Below, one piece after another: positions 18,393 to 28,700 of a stretch of 64,000 nucleotides of DNA. The stretch covers positions 3,296,001 through 3,360,000 of the forward strand of contig OZ241362.1 of NCBI GenBank assembly GCA_965200315.1, given 5' to 3'. Each line of letters starts with the position of its first letter. Position 1 is the stretch's first letter. The position numbers and the translations under genes were made by a program. A model generated the notes under the pieces. It saw only the letters and a list, made by a program, of their open reading frames with translations. It did not search any database and was not told where the DNA came from. The stretch comes from Candidatus Latescibacterota bacterium (GTDB lineage Bacteria; Latescibacterota; UBA2968; UBA8231).

Positions 18393-21243
18393 TAAGTCCT
18401 GCTTGTACTGTGACAAAAGTCAAACCGCTGGTTTCGGTGCGGGCCTTCTGCGCCGCACGCTCTATCTGTCGCTTGTCGATGCGCAGCCCCACTTGGGACA
18501 TGAGCTTATAGCCCAAGTACGATGTCGTATTGGACAATTGCACGGCGAAGGACGTCTCGTCGTAGTCTCCGGTGGGATCACCTGCGTTGCCGGTGTCCTC
18601 GTCCACGACCATGTCGCGGAAGCGCAGGTACTCCGTGCCGAACTGTACGACCGAGCGTTTCATAAAGGGTACCTTTACCAATACCGAGACCAGCGTGCTC
18701 CAGTCGCGCCGCTCGGCCGTCGGGGTGCCTAGCTGCCGCTCGATGTTGAACGGGGTATCGTCCATGAACAGCTCGTGCTTGAGGCGCGGCAGCGCGGTTA
18801 TGCGGCCCAGATGCAGCGGGTACTCGACCTTGTTGATCAGTCCCAAGCGCCGCGCATGGCGTTGCAAAGAGCGGCCATCGCGGTCAACGGCATCCTCTCG
18901 CCGCTGCTGTATGAGTTCATACAGCAGCTTGTTCTCGCTCTGGAGGCCATCGCGGCCGCGGCGCTCAGCACCTATCCACAGCTTGTTGACCAAAGCATCG
19001 CTCATGCTCAGCGGATCGCGGATGGCGGTCATGCCGCCGGGGGAATTGCTCGGGCGACCGAGCACAGGGCGCAATTGAATCCACTGCACCAGGTCTTCGG
19101 CGATCGCGTCGGCGACCCACTTGAACGAATTATACGCCGTCAGCGTACCCAATCCGGCCAAGCTCTGTTCGTACGCCAGCAAGGCATAGTACGTGCGGTT
19201 GCGCGCACCCGTAGTTGGCTTGCGCTCCCACACCTGTCCAGTCGTCAGCTTGAGTTCGGGGGCCAGTTCCGCGCTTAGATAGGCGTTGTACCCGCGCCGG
19301 TCGCGCTTGTAGGGGTAGTCGGGCTCTTCGTCGTTTTCAAAGCGGTCGCCCCAGCCATTGTTGTTCAAGTCGAGGGCAAAGAGATACTCGGGCCGATCGA
19401 CATTGTAGCGGAGAAAAGGCTCTTCGTAGTCGGGCAAGAAATTGGGACGCTCGCGCAGGTCGTTCTGATTGAAGTCGGAAATGAAGTCGTTGTTCTCGTC
19501 GAGGCCGGGAAAGACCGCGTCGTCGGCAAAGCCCTCAAAGGTGCGCGCACGGACGCCGCGCTGGTCGGCGGTGCGGCCATCGTCAAAGCGGCGCTTTTGG
19601 TCGTTGATGCGGTCGTTGTCGTCGTTGTCATCAACAAAATCGTACACGTGCCGCGCCCGCGCGTCGTCGTCGTTAGACCAATCCACCCGGCCGCTGCTAT
19701 CGACAAAGCGCGGGCTCGTGTCGTACTCGGCGTCTAGGCCGAAAGCCTCGCCAAAAAAGAAAAACGGCGCGAAACGACGCGAGACATTGAGCATCCAGCC
19801 TAAGGCCGCGCGATCCCCGCCAATGCCCGAGGACGCCTTGTGAGTATCCCGCGTCCGCGTCGGGTACTGGGTGAACTGGTGGTTGACGTTGAATTCGCCG
19901 TACACGCGGAAGCCAGCCCAGTCGTCAGCTTGGAGCGTCAGCCCGGCCACCTGCGTCGCCGTCGGCAGCCCGTAGTCGAAGACGACCGTGCGCTGGTTGG
20001 AGTTGTCCCAGACGTTGCCCTCGGCCCGGGCGACCGTGCGAAACTGCGGCTGCTCGCCGCTGGGACTATTGTCGGTCTGGCGATTGGAGGTGACCTCTAC
20101 TTTGTAATCGTTGCCCAACACCAAGCGGAAGCGCACCCGGCTGATTTGGTTGACCAAGTCCGCGCTCGGCACTACGGCCTCTAGGTCCCTGACTGCTGGA
20201 TCGTCGTCGGAGAATACGTATTCGAGCAAAATTTGGCTCGCCTCACCCCGGCCCTCGGCCGTCAGAAAGCCGCCCCGCTCGATTCCACCGACAATGCGCG
20301 GCGCAAAGCCAATCTCGCTGCCAATCAGCAGCGTGTCGCGCTCGCCGAGCCGCGTCTCAATCTCAATGTCGCTGCTGAAAAGCACGGCACCGCCGCCCTC
20401 GTCTTCAGGCGAATCGTCGGTCAGCCGCACCACGATGCGGTCGATGCGTCCGTCTAGCTGGCCGCTCGTCAGCTTGCCCTTGAGCGGGTGGCCCTCAAAG
20501 CGGTCGGAAGCCGTCCGGCCATTGTGCGCGTTGAGAAAGGTGCCGCCGAGCCGCGTCGTATTGCCCAAGTCCCAGACCACGCGCCCGCCGATGAGGTTGG
20601 TGAAATTGTCTTCTGTCACTGGAAAGGGGTCCGTGCGGAAGAGCGGCAGGTTGATCCGCGACATGAGCACCGTGGCCGTCAGGCGGTCGGCCGCGTAGTT
20701 GAACATAACCCCGTTGTACGCGGTCTTGCGAAAGGTCATGGGCGTCAGCATGGCGAAAATTTCGTCGCCGATGAGCACCGAGAAGTAGTGCTGGCCCTTG
20801 GTGTCGCCGGCAATGACCAAGTTGTTGAACCACGAGCCGTATTGGCTGGCCTGCAAAATGCCCGAGCCGCCCGAGCCGGTCGGCTGGACCTGACGCCAGT
20901 CGTAGATCAACCAGCCCTTGTTCAAGAAGCGCCCGTAGAGGTCGTAGAAGTACCCGCCCTCCAACCCCGGATCGAGGTAGCGACGGTATGGGTCCCGCGC
21001 GTAGTTGGTGTAGGCCCACTGCCGACGGTACTCACCGGCGATTTCCTGTGGCAGATACCACTTCTGCACAGAGGGATAGACAGCCTCCATGCGCAGCCCC
21101 GTGCCGGCCGAATAGTAGATCGGCTGGCCCGTTTCGATGCGGCCCAAGCGGCTGCCGTAATCCTCGCGCTGGGCGTTGAGCGGCGCAGCCCCAAGCAGCG
21201 CGACCCAGCAGAGCGCACCGACGTGGCGCAAGCTGGCGTTCAT
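18385..21243 (-). CDS. Large exported protein A (952 aa), Asp/Asn-rich central region, possible outer-membrane beta-barrel; paralog of 21248-24004
   Basis: Signal peptide ending LNA-Q; VDDNDDND, DENNDFISDFNQND, DLNNNGWGDRFEND; alternating beta-strand C-terminus TFVTVQAGL. Confidence 0.8.
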   Translation of the reverse strand: MNASLRHVGALCWVALLGAAPLNAQREDYGSRLGRIETGQPIYYSAGTGLRMEAVYPSVQKWYLPQEIAGEYRRQWAYTNYARDPYRRYLDPGLEGGYFYDLYGRFLNKGWLIYDWRQVQPTGSGGSGILQASQYGSWFNNLVIAGDTKGQHYFSVLIGDEIFAMLTPMTFRKTAYNGVMFNYAADRLTATVLMSRINLPLFRTDPFPVTEDNFTNLIGGRVVWDLGNTTRLGGTFLNAHNGRTASDRFEGHPLKGKLTSGQLDGRIDRIVVRLTDDSPEDEGGGAVLFSSDIEIETRLGERDTLLIGSEIGFAPRIVGGIERGGFLTAEGRGEASQILLEYVFSDDDPAVRDLEAVVPSADLVNQISRVRFRLVLGNDYKVEVTSNRQTDNSPSGEQPQFRTVARAEGNVWDNSNQRTVVFDYGLPTATQVAGLTLQADDWAGFRVYGEFNVNHQFTQYPTRTRDTHKASSGIGGDRAALGWMLNVSRRFAPFFFFGEAFGLDAEYDTSPRFVDSSGRVDWSNDDDARARHVYDFVDDNDDNDRINDQKRRFDDGRTADQRGVRARTFEGFADDAVFPGLDENNDFISDFNQNDLRERPNFLPDYEEPFLRYNVDRPEYLFALDLNNNGWGDRFENDEEPDYPYKRDRRGYNAYLSAELAPELKLTTGQVWERKPTTGARNRTYYALLAYEQSLAGLGTLTAYNSFKWVADAIAEDLVQWIQLRPVLGRPSNSPGGMTAIRDPLSMSDALVNKLWIGAERRGRDGLQSENKLLYELIQQRREDAVDRDGRSLQRHARRLGLINKVEYPLHLGRITALPRLKHELFMDDTPFNIERQLGTPTAERRDWSTLVSVLVKVPFMKRSVVQFGTEYLRFRDMVVDEDTGNAGDPTGDYDETSFAVQLSNTTSYLGYKLMSQVGLRIDKRQIERAAQKARTETSGLTFVTVQAGLSD

Positions 21244-21247
21244 GCCG

Positions 21248-24004
21248 CTACTCCAGCCCCGCGTACACGGTTATGAAGCTAGTGCTAAAGGCGCTGATTT
21301 CATTCGTCCGCTCCAAGCCTTCGCTACCGATAATCACCCGCTCCTCCCACAGGCGCGTATAGCTAAAACCAAACTGCGTCGTCAGCCGGTAGCCCAAGTA
21401 GGAACCGGCACTGGACCATTGCAGGGCTAGCACCAAATTGCGGAAGTCGCCCGTAGGCCCGGCCGGGCCGTTGGCGAGTTGCTCGTCCTCGTCGAGGACC
21501 AAGTCTCGGAACAAGGAAAATTCAACGCCCCCTTCCACTAGCGACTGGCTCAACAGTGGGTGGCTCAGCAGCACGATGCCCGTGCCGACCCATTCCTTGC
21601 GGTCCTCAGCGCGTGCTTCGAGCGCAGTCTGGTTGAGATATTCGCTCTTGACCTTGGGCTGCAACTTAAAGCCAGCCAAGCCGAAGGTGTAATCCGCTTT
21701 GTTGATCAGCCCAATCAAGTGGCTGCCTTGATTGAGCGCCGGGCCTTTGACGCGGCTTTTGAACGCGTTGCCCTGCTGCCAAAAGCGCTCGTACTTGAAC
21801 TTGTTGATCGCGTTTAGGTTGTCGAGCGGCTGGTAGTCGAGCTGCAAATAGGTCGTGTTGATCCACGTATCCCGCGCCGGCAGCATGTCGCGCACCAGCG
21901 CGAGCGAGTTGACTTCAAGGTGTGGCGTCATCTCGCGCCGGTCGTCGGCAATATCGTCTTCCACGCGCCGCAGCATCTCAAAGGCCCGCAACCGGCCCCA
22001 CGTGAAGTCGCGGTCGTAGGTCAAAAGGCCATACGCGGCGCGGTTGCGCCCGTCGGAGGCCATGCTCTTTTCATTCAGCCTGCCCAACGTCAGCCGCGTG
22101 TGCGGGTCGAGAAACATGCCGGCGTACAGGTTGTAGCCCCGGCGATCGGTTTTGTAGGGATAGTCGGGCAAGTCGTCGTTTTCAAAGCGGTCGATCCACC
22201 CGTTGTTGTTCAGGTCAATGCCGAACAAAAACTCCGGGCGATCGGCCGCATAGCGGAAGAAAGGCTCTTCGTAATCCGGGATGCGGTTGTTGAGGATGCG
22301 ATTGTCGTTTTGGTTGAAGTCGGAGACAAAGTCGTTGTTCTCGTCCCACCCCGGGAAGACGGCCACATCGCCGCCGCCCTGCGAGAAGCGGAACCAATCG
22401 GCCGAGCGGTCTTGGTCGTCGTTGTCGTCAACCAATTCGTACAGAGACATGCGCGGATTGTCGTAGGTAATGTCCCCGCCGTCATCCACGATAAATGAAC
22501 TCGTCGAGTAATCCGGGGCTATGCTGTACGCCTCGCCGAAAAAGTAAAACGGCGCAGCCACCTTGGAGGCGTTGATCATCCAGGCCTCGGCGTCGCGGGC
22601 ATGTGTGGACAGCGAGCGATCGGCTGCTTGACGCGCCGGGTTGGGATACTGGCTGTACGCCCGGCTGACGTCGAATTCGGCGTATAGATCCACGCCCTTG
22701 ATATCCGTGGCTTCCACTGTGAAGCCGTAGAGCAAACGGGACGACGGCAATCCATAGTCGAAGACGACTCGCTGCTGGTTGGAATTGTCCTGCACATTGC
22801 CCTCGGCACTGAGGATGTCGAACAACGCCGGGGATTGATCCTCAACTTCTTGGCCCGTCAGCGGCAAGACCGGCAGAGCGCGGCTACCCGTCTGCCGGTC
22901 GGACCAAACCTGTACCTTGTAGTCATTGGCCAAGACTAAGTCGAATTGCACGGCGACCAGATCCGAGGGACGCGGGCCGGTATAGGCGATATCCGCGAAG
23001 TCGTAGTTGATGACGATCTTCTCTTCGCCATCGGCAGCCAAGGCCCCTTCCTTGGGGGCCCCGCCCGACACTACGGGCCACCGCGCCGGATCGGCGACCA
23101 CGTCGCGGAGCCTAAATTGCTCGCGCTCCCCCGTCTCTGGGTCCTCGCTCGTCAAGACGAGATCGTGCGAAAACAGGGTGGCCCCGCCCCGACCGTCCTC
23201 GGGCGAGTCGTCGCTGAGGACTAGGGCAATGCCCGAGACCGGCAGACTGCCCCGATTGGCAGCAAGGGTGCCGACGAAGGGGTTGCGCTCAAACGCATCG
23301 GCCACGGTGGTGGAGTTGCGCGCATTGACTAAATTGGCCCCCACGGCTACGAAATCGCCAATTTGCACCACGGCGCGGCCAGCCATCAGGTTGGTGGCAT
23401 TGGACACGACACTGGGGTCGTTGGGTGTACTGCCGATGACTGGGCGGCTCACCCGCGAAAAGAGCAGGGTGCCCTCGTACTTGTCCGCGGCAAAGTCCAT
23501 CTGTACGCCGCTGAAGGCCGGCTTGGAGAAGGTGAGCGGGGTCAGGGTCGTGCGGATTCGATCGCCCACTGTGATCGCATAGTAGAACTGCCCCTGCGAG
23601 TCTGAGCTAATAGTGACCGCATTAAACCAGTTGTTAAAGCGCGGATCCTTGAAGATGGACGAACCAAACTGCACGGGCTGGTTCTGGCTCCAGTCGTAGA
23701 TGAGCCAGCCGCGCGTCAAGTAGTTGCCGTACAGGTCGTAAAACGGAGAGCCTTCAATCGTGGTGCTGACGTAGCGCTCGTACGCGTCGCGTGCGTAGTT
23801 GGTGTACTGCCACTGCTGCCAACCGTAGTCGGCAAACAGCTCCTGCGGTACATACCAGCGTTTGATCGTTGGATCCAAGGCGTCGAAGAGTACGCCCGGC
23901 CCGCGCGGTTCATAGGTAATGTCCGCGCCCCAGCGCCGGCCTTGGGCATGGGCACTTATCGCCGCGACGAGCAAGGCGGCGAGTATCCACCGTAGGTCCC
24001 TCAT
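21248..24004 (-). CDS. Large exported protein B (918 aa), paralog of 18385-21243
   Basis: Signal peptide AHA-Q; same motif series; C-terminus SFITVYAGLE. Confidence 0.8.
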   Translation of the reverse strand: MRDLRWILAALLVAAISAHAQGRRWGADITYEPRGPGVLFDALDPTIKRWYVPQELFADYGWQQWQYTNYARDAYERYVSTTIEGSPFYDLYGNYLTRGWLIYDWSQNQPVQFGSSIFKDPRFNNWFNAVTISSDSQGQFYYAITVGDRIRTTLTPLTFSKPAFSGVQMDFAADKYEGTLLFSRVSRPVIGSTPNDPSVVSNATNLMAGRAVVQIGDFVAVGANLVNARNSTTVADAFERNPFVGTLAANRGSLPVSGIALVLSDDSPEDGRGGATLFSHDLVLTSEDPETGEREQFRLRDVVADPARWPVVSGGAPKEGALAADGEEKIVINYDFADIAYTGPRPSDLVAVQFDLVLANDYKVQVWSDRQTGSRALPVLPLTGQEVEDQSPALFDILSAEGNVQDNSNQQRVVFDYGLPSSRLLYGFTVEATDIKGVDLYAEFDVSRAYSQYPNPARQAADRSLSTHARDAEAWMINASKVAAPFYFFGEAYSIAPDYSTSSFIVDDGGDITYDNPRMSLYELVDDNDDQDRSADWFRFSQGGGDVAVFPGWDENNDFVSDFNQNDNRILNNRIPDYEEPFFRYAADRPEFLFGIDLNNNGWIDRFENDDLPDYPYKTDRRGYNLYAGMFLDPHTRLTLGRLNEKSMASDGRNRAAYGLLTYDRDFTWGRLRAFEMLRRVEDDIADDRREMTPHLEVNSLALVRDMLPARDTWINTTYLQLDYQPLDNLNAINKFKYERFWQQGNAFKSRVKGPALNQGSHLIGLINKADYTFGLAGFKLQPKVKSEYLNQTALEARAEDRKEWVGTGIVLLSHPLLSQSLVEGGVEFSLFRDLVLDEDEQLANGPAGPTGDFRNLVLALQWSSAGSYLGYRLTTQFGFSYTRLWEERVIIGSEGLERTNEISAFSTSFITVYAGLE

Positions 24005-24018
24005 TAGACCCTCCCTAA

Positions 24019-26184
24019 TCAGTACACTATTTCGACAGCTCTAACCGCGCTTTCGCCGCCCGCATCGCTGGCCAGCGTTACGCTCACTAGGTAAATGCCC
24101 GGCGGCAGCACGGCCCGGTTCGCATCCGCGCCGTCCCAAGGCATGGCGTATGAGCCGCCGCCCTGGAGGCCGGAAAACAGCCGCCGCACCCGGCGGCCAG
24201 CCAAATCGACGATTTCCACATCAACCGCTGCCGGGCTGACCAAACGGCTCAGATCGTAGGACACCTGTGTTGCGTCGTTGATTCCATCGCCGTTGGGGCT
24301 GAAGGGCCGGGGGTCGGTACGCACGTTGATCAGCAGGGCGCTGCCACTGGCTAGCGGCACATCCACCGAAAGGCCCCGGTTCGTCTCCGTGCCAACAGCC
24401 ACAAGATCGTCGTCGCCGGGCGCCAACGCGGCCACGTTGCCAGCGACGACCTCCTGCCCCACGTCCCCCTCGTCGCTGTTGAATGCAAAACCGGCGAACT
24501 TGGTGCCGTAGCGCAACACGCGGCTGCGAAAGCGAATTTTGAGCTGGGCTGTCCGCCCGGTCGCCAGCTCGCTTTCGGCAATGAGGGGGAAGCGCACGCG
24601 AAAGCGGCGCGCATCAACCGACTCGATGGCAAAGCGCCCGGTCTCGTCGGTAGCCGGCAGTGCGGCAAGATCGGCCATTGAAAAGTCTGCGGCCTCAACC
24701 TGCCCATCGGCATCGACGACCTCAATGGACTCAATGACCTCTACTCGCACTGGCGTAGCGATCTCAAAACCGTCAAAGCCCGTATCTACGCCGGGCCGAA
24801 TGGAAGTCGGCATCACCGCATAGACGAAATCCACCGGCTTGCCCAAATCGACCTGACGCGGAAAGATCTCGCCGAGAATCTGCGCGGCTGGCGGCGGCGT
24901 GGCCACCGTGAAGGCCAGCGGGCCGATGCCTGTGGCCGCCTCCAAGTCCTCGCTGAGAAAGTCGATGCGGAACTGTATGTACCGCCGCGGCCCGGGCGAG
25001 ACAATCGGCACGCCCAATTGGCTGTCCTCGATCTCTGCTTCGGTCAACAGGGTCCCCAATTCGTAGGGCGAGGACCACGGGCTCCAAGCGTCTAGGTCGG
25101 CGACCACATTGCCGCGCTCGGCACCCAAGCCCTTGTAGTCGTCCAGCGACAGCGAGATGGCGTTGCGCTCCGCTAGCGGCAGTGCGCCAAAGAGCGCACG
25201 CGCCCTCTCCAGATCGGCTTGGTCGAGATTGACCTCGCCGTCCTCAGCATCAACCGTGGCATTCTTTTGCCAAGGCACCTCGACTTGAACCCCCTCAAAG
25301 AAGAAGCGCCGGGTATAGACTAAGGGGGTGTCGTCCAAGCCGGTGCGGGTGCGCACACGCGCGTTGGCGAAACCAGCCGGGCCGACGCTTTCCTCCGCCC
25401 AGCGAATGGTCCCCCACAAGCCCAAATCTGGGCCGAGGTCGAATATGTTGGATATGTATTCGGCCGTGGGCACGAAGCCCGTGCCAAAGACTCGGAACTC
25501 GGCGATCTCAAAACCGTTGCTGGTGCGCGACTGCAAGCGGATGAAGCGCACAAATTGCGGGGGAATGCCCAGATCGACCAGCGCGTCTTGGTTGGCAGCA
25601 TTCAACCGAAACGAGCGCCATTCCGGGCCGCCCGCGCCTTGGGTCTCCTCGCTGCCGTCGTTGAAAAACAGCTCGTAGCCGCGGATGAAGTCCTCTTGGA
25701 AAGGTGCTGCCGGAAAATCTGGGTGGCCATTGCGCGGGAAGAACTGGACGCGATTGACCCCAAAGCGAGCACCTAGGTCGAAGTCCATGGCCATGCCGCG
25801 GATGACGGCCACGTTTTTGCGCTCCAATGCCGTTTCGCCGTCGCCGTCGATCATCGTCTCTAGCTGCGACTCAATGCCCGCTTCGAGCACCGTCGGCGAG
25901 GTGACCGAGCCGCCCCGCCCGAGTATGCCGAGCGCTAGATTGGTGCCCTCGACGACGTTCTGCGGAAAAATCCAACCCACCCGACCCTCGGGATCGAAAT
26001 CGATCACGCCACCCGGGGTGTTGCCGCTCTCGACCGCTCTGGCCCCGGTCGGGAAAATCGCCTGTATCTGGCCTCCGCCGTCTTGCCAAGACGATCCGCT
26101 CGCGCCACCGATGGCAATGCTCCGCGTCTCGGCCGTGCCTTGCAGTGCCGCTAACAACAGCAGCGCGATCGGCAACCAGTACAT
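24019..26184 (-). CDS. Exported protein with discoidin-like region and C-terminal FlgD-Ig/T9SS-CTD-like domain
   Basis: Signal peptide MYWLPIALLLLAAL (GGGAGG RBS); MIDGDGET; C-terminal FSPNGDGIND...DLAGRRVR...WDG...PGIYLV. Confidence 0.82.
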   Translation of the reverse strand: MYWLPIALLLLAALQGTAETRSIAIGGASGSSWQDGGGQIQAIFPTGARAVESGNTPGGVIDFDPEGRVGWIFPQNVVEGTNLALGILGRGGSVTSPTVLEAGIESQLETMIDGDGETALERKNVAVIRGMAMDFDLGARFGVNRVQFFPRNGHPDFPAAPFQEDFIRGYELFFNDGSEETQGAGGPEWRSFRLNAANQDALVDLGIPPQFVRFIRLQSRTSNGFEIAEFRVFGTGFVPTAEYISNIFDLGPDLGLWGTIRWAEESVGPAGFANARVRTRTGLDDTPLVYTRRFFFEGVQVEVPWQKNATVDAEDGEVNLDQADLERARALFGALPLAERNAISLSLDDYKGLGAERGNVVADLDAWSPWSSPYELGTLLTEAEIEDSQLGVPIVSPGPRRYIQFRIDFLSEDLEAATGIGPLAFTVATPPPAAQILGEIFPRQVDLGKPVDFVYAVMPTSIRPGVDTGFDGFEIATPVRVEVIESIEVVDADGQVEAADFSMADLAALPATDETGRFAIESVDARRFRVRFPLIAESELATGRTAQLKIRFRSRVLRYGTKFAGFAFNSDEGDVGQEVVAGNVAALAPGDDDLVAVGTETNRGLSVDVPLASGSALLINVRTDPRPFSPNGDGINDATQVSYDLSRLVSPAAVDVEIVDLAGRRVRRLFSGLQGGGSYAMPWDGADANRAVLPPGIYLVSVTLASDAGGESAVRAVEIVY

Positions 26185-26195
26185 CGCAACCTCCC

Positions 26196-28688
26196 TCAAT
26201 ACACCACGTGAACGAGGCGGTGCCGCACGGTGCGCTCCACGCGCGAGTCGTCGTTGGGCACCACTTCTACCGCTAGCAGATACAGTCCGGGGGCGACCAG
26301 TGCGCCGGCTTGATCTTCGCACGACCAGCGCAGGGCGTATTCGCCGCTGACCAAGGGCCGCGTCTCCTGCCAGTGCCGCACCAGCCGGCCGACTAGGTCG
26401 TAGATCCGAACGTGGAGCGGCTGGGTGCCGGTCAGTTTGGTGACCGCGAACGAAAAAGCCAACTCGTCGTTGACTCCATCTCCATTCGGCGTCGCGACCC
26501 CACTGCCAATGCTCAGGTCGCCCAGCACGTGGCGGCCGCCTTCTGGACCTACCAACAGCATCCCCTGCCCGGTCGCCAACTCCGTTGCATCCGCTGGATC
26601 AACCCGCTGCCAAGAGCTCTCAAGGGCCGAATGTCCCAACGACGCCTTGAACACGGCACCGGGTAAGTAGAGGGCGGTGGCGAATTGCACCTCAATCAGA
26701 TCGGCTGAGGACGGGCCGACGACCTCGCTTAGCCGCACCCACAAAGAGTCTGGGGCCGTCGCCACCACTTCTGCTGAGGCCACCAGTTCCGCGCTGTCCC
26801 ATTGGGCTTCGCGCCCCAGCCGCAGTCCGCGGAACTCCAGTGCCATGTTGTCCGGTGCCCTTATCTGCACCTCGTCAAACCCCACGCTCTGAGCAGCGAA
26901 ACTCGGTTTGATGAAAAGCGAAAGCTCCTGCTTTGTGCCCAACGCGCCCACGACGCTGGGTTCGATCTCGCCCCAAAGCTGGTTGGCCAGCGGCTCGACG
27001 AAGTTGAGCTGAATGGAGCGCAGCTCGGCCGCGCGGTGTGGGTCGTCCGAGAGCAAGCGAGCCTTGAGCTGTAGAAATTGGCGCGGACTCGGAGAAGTGA
27101 TCGCCGCGCCCGACACCTCGTAGGGCAGGCTCCACGCGCTCCAGTCGCCCCCGGGGACTTCCGTCGTATCGATCCGCCCCTTGCTGAAAAAGCCCAAGCC
27201 GGCGTATGCCTCAGCCGAAACCTCGGCACCGCCGCTGTTGAAGTAGCTATACTCTTCGACCAACTCGCTGCCCGTGCGCGTCTGGATTTCGATAAAGGTC
27301 CTCAAGCCGGCGTCGCCATCCCATTCAATCGAGACCAAGTTCTTCGTGCTGCCCAAGCGGATGAGCGGCGAAACCAACTCGACTTCCGGCTGGAAACCCT
27401 CTCCGTAGAACTGCACCTCACGCGGCTTGAACTGACCGCCTCCCCAGAACAAAATCCGCGCAAAGCGCGTCCGCGTCGGCGCGAACGTATCCACGTCGTA
27501 CACGTCTCCTGTAAAGTGGCCAGAAGTGGCGCGATTGCGCCGCGAGGCCTGCGTCGTCCACACCAACGAGCCGTCCGCAGCGAGTGAGCCGTCCGAAATC
27601 TGCAAGTCGTAATTGGGGAAGCGGCTGCGCTGGCGGTCGTAGTAAATCTGGTGCCGGTCGATCCAGAAGGAAGAGCCTAAATCAAAGAATAACTCCCGTA
27701 TCTCGTCGGTGCTGGTAAAGGCCAAGGAGGTCTCGAAGATGCCGTCGAAGAAGGCCGTCGCCGGCGCGTTGTCCAAGAAGGTGAGTAGCGCGACGCCTTT
27801 GCGCTCCACCAAGCCCAGCGAGATGTTTTCCCCGAGCGTCTGGACCTCCAACTCGGCCAGCCGCGGGCGCTCGCGGCGGTAGCGGCGGATATCACCGCGC
27901 AACGCGGAGTCAACCGCTTCGTACGTGGCTTCGCTCACCTGCACTTGGCCCGCGCCGGCCTTTTTGTAAAAATCCACTGCGCCTTGATCCGCCGCCGCTA
28001 GCTGGTCGTATTGTTCAGCCGACACCTCGGCGGCTCGCGTACTATCCTTGTCGGTGATCGTCACGCGCACGAAGCGGATGTAGTCGCTCACCATGCGCCC
28101 CTCTCGGTCAAAGCGCGTGGGCTCCAGCTCCACTTCAAATGCTCGCTGGTCCTTGTTCGACTTCAAGGTGCGAAAGACTTGGTTGAACCTGCGTTGACCT
28201 TTTGTGACCTCGGCTCCGTCCGAGGTCAAGACCACGAATTGCAGGAAGGGGTCGCCTAGCTCCTCGCCGACGAATTTGAGCCGGATGTGGGTGGCCGCCA
28301 CCAGCCGTCCCAAATCGACCTCAAACCACCATTGGCGCAACGGGCTGGCCGGATCGGGTTCCCAATAGGTGCTCAAGTCCCCGTCGAGAAGGTGGACCAG
28401 ATCCGCCGCCCGAGTGCCCGCACTAAGGGCGTCGCGCAGGGTCGCGCCCTTCGAGTCTTTGCCGCGCTTGATAAACGCCGCGATGTCTGCGGTGGCCAGT
28501 GTGTTCTTGGACGCGAAGTGGGGCCGCACGGCCCCGGTTTCGCCGATGTCGAGCGTACCGCCGGGAAAAGTCCACTGCTGCCAGTGCGCTTGCCGCTCAA
28601 CGACGACCTTGTTCCCGGCGATGGTATGGCCCTGTCCCCAAGCGGCGACAACGCCCAAGACACTCAGCAACAACGCAGCATTCAACAT
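26196..28688 (-). CDS. Exported protein with discoidin-like regions and C-terminal FlgD-Ig/T9SS-CTD-like domain
   Basis: Signal peptide; LLDGDLSTYW, FEVDLG; TPNGDGVND...DLVGRLVR...PGLYLL...VHVVY. Confidence 0.82.
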   Translation of the reverse strand: MLNAALLLSVLGVVAAWGQGHTIAGNKVVVERQAHWQQWTFPGGTLDIGETGAVRPHFASKNTLATADIAAFIKRGKDSKGATLRDALSAGTRAADLVHLLDGDLSTYWEPDPASPLRQWWFEVDLGRLVAATHIRLKFVGEELGDPFLQFVVLTSDGAEVTKGQRRFNQVFRTLKSNKDQRAFEVELEPTRFDREGRMVSDYIRFVRVTITDKDSTRAAEVSAEQYDQLAAADQGAVDFYKKAGAGQVQVSEATYEAVDSALRGDIRRYRRERPRLAELEVQTLGENISLGLVERKGVALLTFLDNAPATAFFDGIFETSLAFTSTDEIRELFFDLGSSFWIDRHQIYYDRQRSRFPNYDLQISDGSLAADGSLVWTTQASRRNRATSGHFTGDVYDVDTFAPTRTRFARILFWGGGQFKPREVQFYGEGFQPEVELVSPLIRLGSTKNLVSIEWDGDAGLRTFIEIQTRTGSELVEEYSYFNSGGAEVSAEAYAGLGFFSKGRIDTTEVPGGDWSAWSLPYEVSGAAITSPSPRQFLQLKARLLSDDPHRAAELRSIQLNFVEPLANQLWGEIEPSVVGALGTKQELSLFIKPSFAAQSVGFDEVQIRAPDNMALEFRGLRLGREAQWDSAELVASAEVVATAPDSLWVRLSEVVGPSSADLIEVQFATALYLPGAVFKASLGHSALESSWQRVDPADATELATGQGMLLVGPEGGRHVLGDLSIGSGVATPNGDGVNDELAFSFAVTKLTGTQPLHVRIYDLVGRLVRHWQETRPLVSGEYALRWSCEDQAGALVAPGLYLLAVEVVPNDDSRVERTVRHRLVHVVY

Positions 28689-28700
28689 GGCCCCTGCTCC

